A stretch of DNA of 64,000 nt from Candidatus Micrarchaeia archaeon (GTDB lineage: Archaea > Micrarchaeota > Micrarchaeia > CAILAH01): the NCBI GenBank assembly GCA_038874595.1, contig JAVZCB010000002.1, forward strand, positions 135,850 through 199,849, given 5' to 3'. Below, one piece after another: positions 59,583 to 64,000 of the stretch (the first letter of the stretch is position 1; each line of letters opens with the position of its first letter). Made by a program: the position numbers and the translations under genes. The notes below the pieces were generated by a model that was not told the origin of the DNA, did no database searches, and saw only the letters and a list, made by a program, of their open reading frames with translations.

Positions 59583-60308
59583 CTATTTAACCCTAATACC
59601 GTTCAGCAGGTATATTTCCGCTGACGATTTTATAAATATATTTTCATTAAGCAGCGGGCTGCGCAGCCTTTCACTGCCGTCCTGGCTGCGCCACCCCTTC
59701 CAGGGCCCGAACGCAGGCACGCATATAATCCTTATTTTCTTCCTGATTCCGGCCTCTTTCCCGTAACACTCTTCAAGTGCGCTCGTGTTGAGCTGCCCTA
59801 TAACCCATACCTTTTCAGAATGTTTGATTTCACTTCCAAACAGCAATTGGGGGTGGGAGTGCCCCATCATGATTGTACCGCATCTTAGCAGCTCGGCATC
59901 AGGCCACGCGTGGCCGTGCATAACACCTATTTTTGGTTTTGCATCTCTCCCAAGCCCAATTTTCCCATCATCATAAATTATAGCACCCCCTGCACCGTGA
60001 ACAGTGCAATATTCACTGTATTTCTCAATCCCGCCATCATGGTTGCCTTTTGTTATGTGCAAAGAGTACTCCTTCCCAATCTCGCGAATAAACTTCCCGG
60101 CATCCCCTTCTGTTTCTGTGACACTTGCCTTTACATCACCTAATATGAGCAGATTTTTCCGCTTTTCTTGCTCCATAATGTTCCTTACAATTTCTGCGGT
60201 CGCTTTCCAGCCCACACCATCTTTTTTCCCAATGTGCAGGTCGCTTATGATTACCCATTTTCCGTGCACGGCGGCTGCAGTATTATGCAAGAATTTAACC
60301 ATCGTCAT
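59583..60308 (-). CDS. calcineurin-like metallophosphoesterase
   Basis: DLHIG, GDVKA, GNHD and GHSHP motifs. Confidence 0.7.
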   Translation of the reverse strand: MTMVKFLHNTAAAVHGKWVIISDLHIGKKDGVGWKATAEIVRNIMEQEKRKNLLILGDVKASVTETEGDAGKFIREIGKEYSLHITKGNHDGGIEKYSEYCTVHGAGGAIIYDDGKIGLGRDAKPKIGVMHGHAWPDAELLRCGTIMMGHSHPQLLFGSEIKHSEKVWVIGQLNTSALEECYGKEAGIRKKIRIICVPAFGPWKGWRSQDGSERLRSPLLNENIFIKSSAEIYLLNGIRVK

Positions 60309-60352
60309 CTATTGAGGAAAACATTTTTATATATCTATTTCCCTATTTATCC

Positions 60353-61861
60353 ATGTCTTATTCCCATAAGAAAGACACAGATGCGATAAAGAGAAAGTTA
60401 AGGCAAATGCGGGACAAGGCACAGAAAGACCTTGAAAGGCTAAAGGTTCCGCCCGATGTCATCTACCATAATCAGCAGCTGTTTTATACGATTGCTGCAA
60501 GCCTGAACGGTATCACAAAAGCAGCACGTGCAGATATCAATCCCACGGACCTGCTCTGGCTCTCATTATACCACGAAAACCTGAGCTATTCTGCATTGCC
60601 TTCCGAAATTAAGGAAACAATAGGCGGCTTGTTCAGGAGATTCATTGAGCTGAAGCACATTGATATGTCAAAGAAAGAAGTTTGGACACCTTATAATAAC
60701 CTTGTTGATGAATGCCCGGCATTGGCAGTTTTCCGTACAATAGACCTGGCGCACTTCCCGATGGATTATAACACGCTTGTCAGGTCATTCTTATTTAAAA
60801 AAGATACTGTAGAGTATGCAGTACGCAATATTGCAGAGTCAATGCTTTATGTTTATGTGCCGTTTGCTGATATCTTGGGCATTCTTGATGTATACTCCTC
60901 CTTGCTTGATAAATCTACGAGCATACTTTATCCAGATCTTTATCGTGGGGTATATGCAAAACTAAAAGAGCTGCAGGATGAGAATGAGCACATTCTTAAA
61001 AACTTTGGCAACCGGCTCGAGTATGATATTTTGGAAGCTGAAATGGAAGACATCCATTTTGCGAATTTTAGTGATAATTCATTAATAAAGGGCCGCATTA
61101 AAACAACCGGCTCTACAGTGCTTAAGCTAATCCGTAAGAACTACCCGATAGAAAAGATGATGGAGTTTGAAGACCTGGTGGCATTCACAGTACTGACAGA
61201 AACAGAACAGGATGCATACAAGTTTGTGGAATTCCTCAAAAACAAGTATAAGATACCGGAGGGCCATTTTGATGATTATATAAGGTCACCGCGCGGCCAG
61301 ACGCAATATCAATCCCTCCACCAAGGTGTCCCTTTTGAGGTTGAGCGGTTTGGTGAGAAGAAGATAAGATTTATTGAGGTCCAGATACGCACTCCTGAAA
61401 TGCAGGAAAAATGTGAGCGTGGTGACCAAGCACATGCACTTTTTAAGCAGAGAAAGATTGACAAGGAGAAGCTCCTGCTGATGTTACAGTATTCCACAAC
61501 ACTCAGGAATGCTTCTACGGAAGAGGTGCAGATGCTGGCTCTCAATTTGAGGTCTGAAAGGATAACCGTGCTTGCAACGGTGACTCCAGATAGTGAGGTA
61601 ATGATTGTTGACCTCCCGGAGAATTCTTGTGTGTATGACCTGATATGCAAGGTTTCAGACCCGTTCTATGAGCATAAGGTGGTTTCAGCTACAACCAACA
61701 GGATGTTTTCGCCATACGAATCTCTTATACCAGGGGCAGGGTACTTTATAATGAAGACCGGGGAAAGGATGCGGTCCTCAGAAATCAGAAGAATTATTCC
61801 GATATGCTCTCTTGAGACAAGAATGCAATTACAATGGATGCTTGAAAACAAAAAGAAGTAG
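60353..61861 (+). CDS. RelA/SpoT-homolog (p)ppGpp synthetase-like protein: degenerate N-terminal region, RSH synthetase domain, TGS-like C-terminus
   Basis: GRIKTTGSTVLKLIRK, DYIRSPRGQTQYQSLHQGV and IEVQIRTPEMQEKCERGDQAHALFK are collinear with RelA/SpoT synthetase motifs. The C-terminal beta-grasp-like segment is TGS-like. Confidence 0.65.
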   Translation: MSYSHKKDTDAIKRKLRQMRDKAQKDLERLKVPPDVIYHNQQLFYTIAASLNGITKAARADINPTDLLWLSLYHENLSYSALPSEIKETIGGLFRRFIELKHIDMSKKEVWTPYNNLVDECPALAVFRTIDLAHFPMDYNTLVRSFLFKKDTVEYAVRNIAESMLYVYVPFADILGILDVYSSLLDKSTSILYPDLYRGVYAKLKELQDENEHILKNFGNRLEYDILEAEMEDIHFANFSDNSLIKGRIKTTGSTVLKLIRKNYPIEKMMEFEDLVAFTVLTETEQDAYKFVEFLKNKYKIPEGHFDDYIRSPRGQTQYQSLHQGVPFEVERFGEKKIRFIEVQIRTPEMQEKCERGDQAHALFKQRKIDKEKLLLMLQYSTTLRNASTEEVQMLALNLRSERITVLATVTPDSEVMIVDLPENSCVYDLICKVSDPFYEHKVVSATTNRMFSPYESLIPGAGYFIMKTGERMRSSEIRRIIPICSLETRMQLQWMLENKKK

Positions 61862-61896
61862 TAAATAATAGAATACACGTATCATAAAATACCCTA

Positions 61897-63987
61897 TTAC
61901 ACCCTCTCCCCATACTCATCCAAGAAGTGCTTGTATTCTTGAAGCATCTCAATAGTTAGTGATGGCTTTCTCCTGCTTATTACTTTTAATATATCTTCCG
62001 TCTTGAGCTTTACATCCCCTTTGCCAGATATTCCCTCTCGCACAAGGCTAAATTTAGATTCCTGGCAGATGCTTGCTATGTCTGCACCTGTAAACCCTTC
62101 CGTGGCAGCTGCAAGCGCAGCATAATTTATATCTTCTTTTGGTACCTTTGCCAGGAATCTCTTAAACATCGCCTCCCGCTGCTCTTTGAGTGGGGGCGGT
62201 ATGAAGACAATCTTATCGAGCCTTCCTGGCCTGAGCATTGCCTTATCAACCATCTCGGGCTTATTTGTTGCTCCAATCAGGACGACATTTTTTAGCTCTT
62301 TCATCCCATCCATCTCCTGGAGCAATTGTGTGACAACATCCTCAACATACTTTGAGCTGTATAACTCACGTGACGGCGCAACACTCTCAATCTCATCTAT
62401 GAACACAATCGCGGGCGGGTTCTCGCGTGCCCTGTTGAATGTCTCCCTTATCATTGCAACTGCACCTTCATATCCCCTTTTAAGGAGGTCTGCACCGCTA
62501 AGTGCAAACACGTTTACATTCATCTCATTTGCCGCCGCTTTCACAATAAGGGTCTTCCCGCACCCAGGCGGCCCGAACATAAGCACACCTTTGCTTGGCT
62601 TCACATCATATTTTTCCAGGAGTTCCTCGTGCAGTAACGGGATCTCAACCGCCTCTTTGAGCATTTGCCTGACATCATCAAGCCCGATTACATCATCCCA
62701 CGTGACCTTCTTCTCCTTCTCCTTTTTCTCTTCGTCAACCCTTCTTTCATAATCAAGCCTGAATCTCTCGTAATCATCTAGCATAGAGAGTGTTGTGCTC
62801 GGCTTGATTGATTTAAGCACTTTAAGGAAGTCATCCATCATTACAGGCTCAAGCTTCTCCTTCTCAGCAGCTCTCTTTGCCGCAAGGCGGACAGCCTCTT
62901 TGCACAGGTTTGCAAGGTCAGCCCCCGAGAACCTCTCAGTTTTCTTTGCTAGTTCTTTCAGGTTAACATCCTTGCTTAGAGGTATCCCGCGCAGCTGCAC
63001 CTCAAGCACCTTCAGCCTCCCTTCCATATCAGGTAGCGGCATATAAATTATCTTGTCAAGCCGCCCAGGCCTTATGAGTGCCTTGTCAAGCATATGTGGG
63101 ACGTTTGTAGCTCCAACAACAAGCACATTGTTATCGCTTGTGAGGCCATCCATCTCCTCAAGCATCGTGCTTAGTACCCTCGCAGCTGCCTCATCACCTC
63201 GCGCATACTCCCTGCTTTTCCCTATTGCATCTATCTCATCAAAGAACAGGACTGCGGGCGCATTTTTCCGCGCAATGCTAAATATCTCTGAAACGTTCTT
63301 CTCCGACTCGCCGAAATACTGTGATAAGAGCTGTGATGCCTTTACATAGTAGAACCCAACTTCAAGCTCCTTGGCGAGGGCGCGCATAAGCATCGTCTTC
63401 CCTGTCCCCGGCGGCCCAAACAGCAATATCCCTTTTGGCGGTTTAATATTATATGCAACACTGATATCTTTTCTTTGAAGGGGCATTAGTATTGCATCTC
63501 TAAGCTCTTTCTTGACACTTTCATAATTGCCTATATCACTTAGTTTTGTTGTTGATGCAAGCCCAAGGTCCTGCACACCAAACTTGCTAAACTTCTGCTC
63601 TTTCTCCTTGAGCACCGCGCCGGTCTGCCCGGCAATACTGAATTTCTTAATGTCAAGGTAGTATACGAGCGCAGTGGTAAGTGCAACGTATATTATAATC
63701 TCAGGATGAAAAATGCTTCCTGTGGCAACGGCAAGGAAATAGTGCAGTGGTATGAAAAGCCAGAACACCACAGTCGCAGCAGTCTGCCTGTATCTTCCGC
63801 GCAGGATACCTGGCAGCATTGATGCAAAGTACATTATTGCACCAATAGCAGCTATTTCTATAAGACCAACATCACCGAAAAACAACACTAAGGTGGTGCC
63901 TGTTGTGAGACCGAGCAGCGGATTGATATATGTAAAGGCGTCAGGCCCAAACATCCCACTGAACGCCTCCCCGACAGCACCAGCCAT
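61897..63987 (-). CDS. membrane-anchored tandem-AAA ATPase (Cdc48/VCP-like D1-D2)
   Basis: About 115-aa N-terminal region with 3-4 TM helices. Then two AAA modules, each with GPPGTGKT/GPPGCGKT Walker A and DEID/DEIE Walker B. Confidence 0.85.
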   Translation of the reverse strand: MAGAVGEAFSGMFGPDAFTYINPLLGLTTGTTLVLFFGDVGLIEIAAIGAIMYFASMLPGILRGRYRQTAATVVFWLFIPLHYFLAVATGSIFHPEIIIYVALTTALVYYLDIKKFSIAGQTGAVLKEKEQKFSKFGVQDLGLASTTKLSDIGNYESVKKELRDAILMPLQRKDISVAYNIKPPKGILLFGPPGTGKTMLMRALAKELEVGFYYVKASQLLSQYFGESEKNVSEIFSIARKNAPAVLFFDEIDAIGKSREYARGDEAAARVLSTMLEEMDGLTSDNNVLVVGATNVPHMLDKALIRPGRLDKIIYMPLPDMEGRLKVLEVQLRGIPLSKDVNLKELAKKTERFSGADLANLCKEAVRLAAKRAAEKEKLEPVMMDDFLKVLKSIKPSTTLSMLDDYERFRLDYERRVDEEKKEKEKKVTWDDVIGLDDVRQMLKEAVEIPLLHEELLEKYDVKPSKGVLMFGPPGCGKTLIVKAAANEMNVNVFALSGADLLKRGYEGAVAMIRETFNRARENPPAIVFIDEIESVAPSRELYSSKYVEDVVTQLLQEMDGMKELKNVVLIGATNKPEMVDKAMLRPGRLDKIVFIPPPLKEQREAMFKRFLAKVPKEDINYAALAAATEGFTGADIASICQESKFSLVREGISGKGDVKLKTEDILKVISRRKPSLTIEMLQEYKHFLDEYGERV

Positions 63988-64000
63988 TCTGGTTATATCC

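Noticed and set aside
1-64000. rRNA genes, transposases/IS elements, integrases, cas genes, restriction-modification or toxin-antitoxin pairs
   Set aside because: No ORF shows DDE/HUH transposase, tyrosine or serine recombinase, Cas, methyltransferase-plus-endonuclease or small TA-pair signatures. No rRNA-like conserved stretches were seen. The two tRNA loci are not flanked by obvious integrase genes, though the hypothetical ORFs around tRNA-Val (48056-48628, 48980-50026) could not be assigned.

Overview
The window reads as an archaeal chromosomal segment with DPANN-like gene content, about 45% GC, densely packed on both strands. Archaeal markers include Orc1/Cdc6, archaeal-type TyrRS, fibrillarin, NAC-alpha, GatD, an ATP-dependent DNA ligase, ribosomal protein eS26, a type IA topoisomerase and class-III-signal-peptide pilins. 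I call about 62 protein-coding genes. Housekeeping genes (pyrG, compact alaS, tyrS, thiI, rtcA, topA, tmk, flpA, gatD, lig, GGPP synthase) are interleaved with many secreted or membrane proteins. Non-ORF features are two tRNA genes (Val-GAC, Gly-GCC) that only fold if each carries an intron inside the T-loop, and Gly also has an anticodon-loop intron. There is also a roughly 360-nt GC-rich structured RNA candidate and a degenerate ~90-bp tandem repeat array between convergent genes. Unusual proteins include a LigD-type primase-polymerase domain, a divergent FlaI/VirB11-class ATPase beside a membrane-anchored SNase nuclease, and a five-gene pilin operon. Others are a RelA/SpoT-type (p)ppGpp synthetase homolog, a membrane-anchored tandem-AAA Cdc48-like ATPase, and a KaiC-like/roadblock/Orc1 operon. 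Several fusions are present: AsnB plus a Dph6-like domain, and PAP2 plus a polyprenol kinase. No rRNA, CRISPR-cas, transposase or integrase was recognised. All calls rest on motif recognition by eye, so coordinates of starts and RNA boundaries are approximate.
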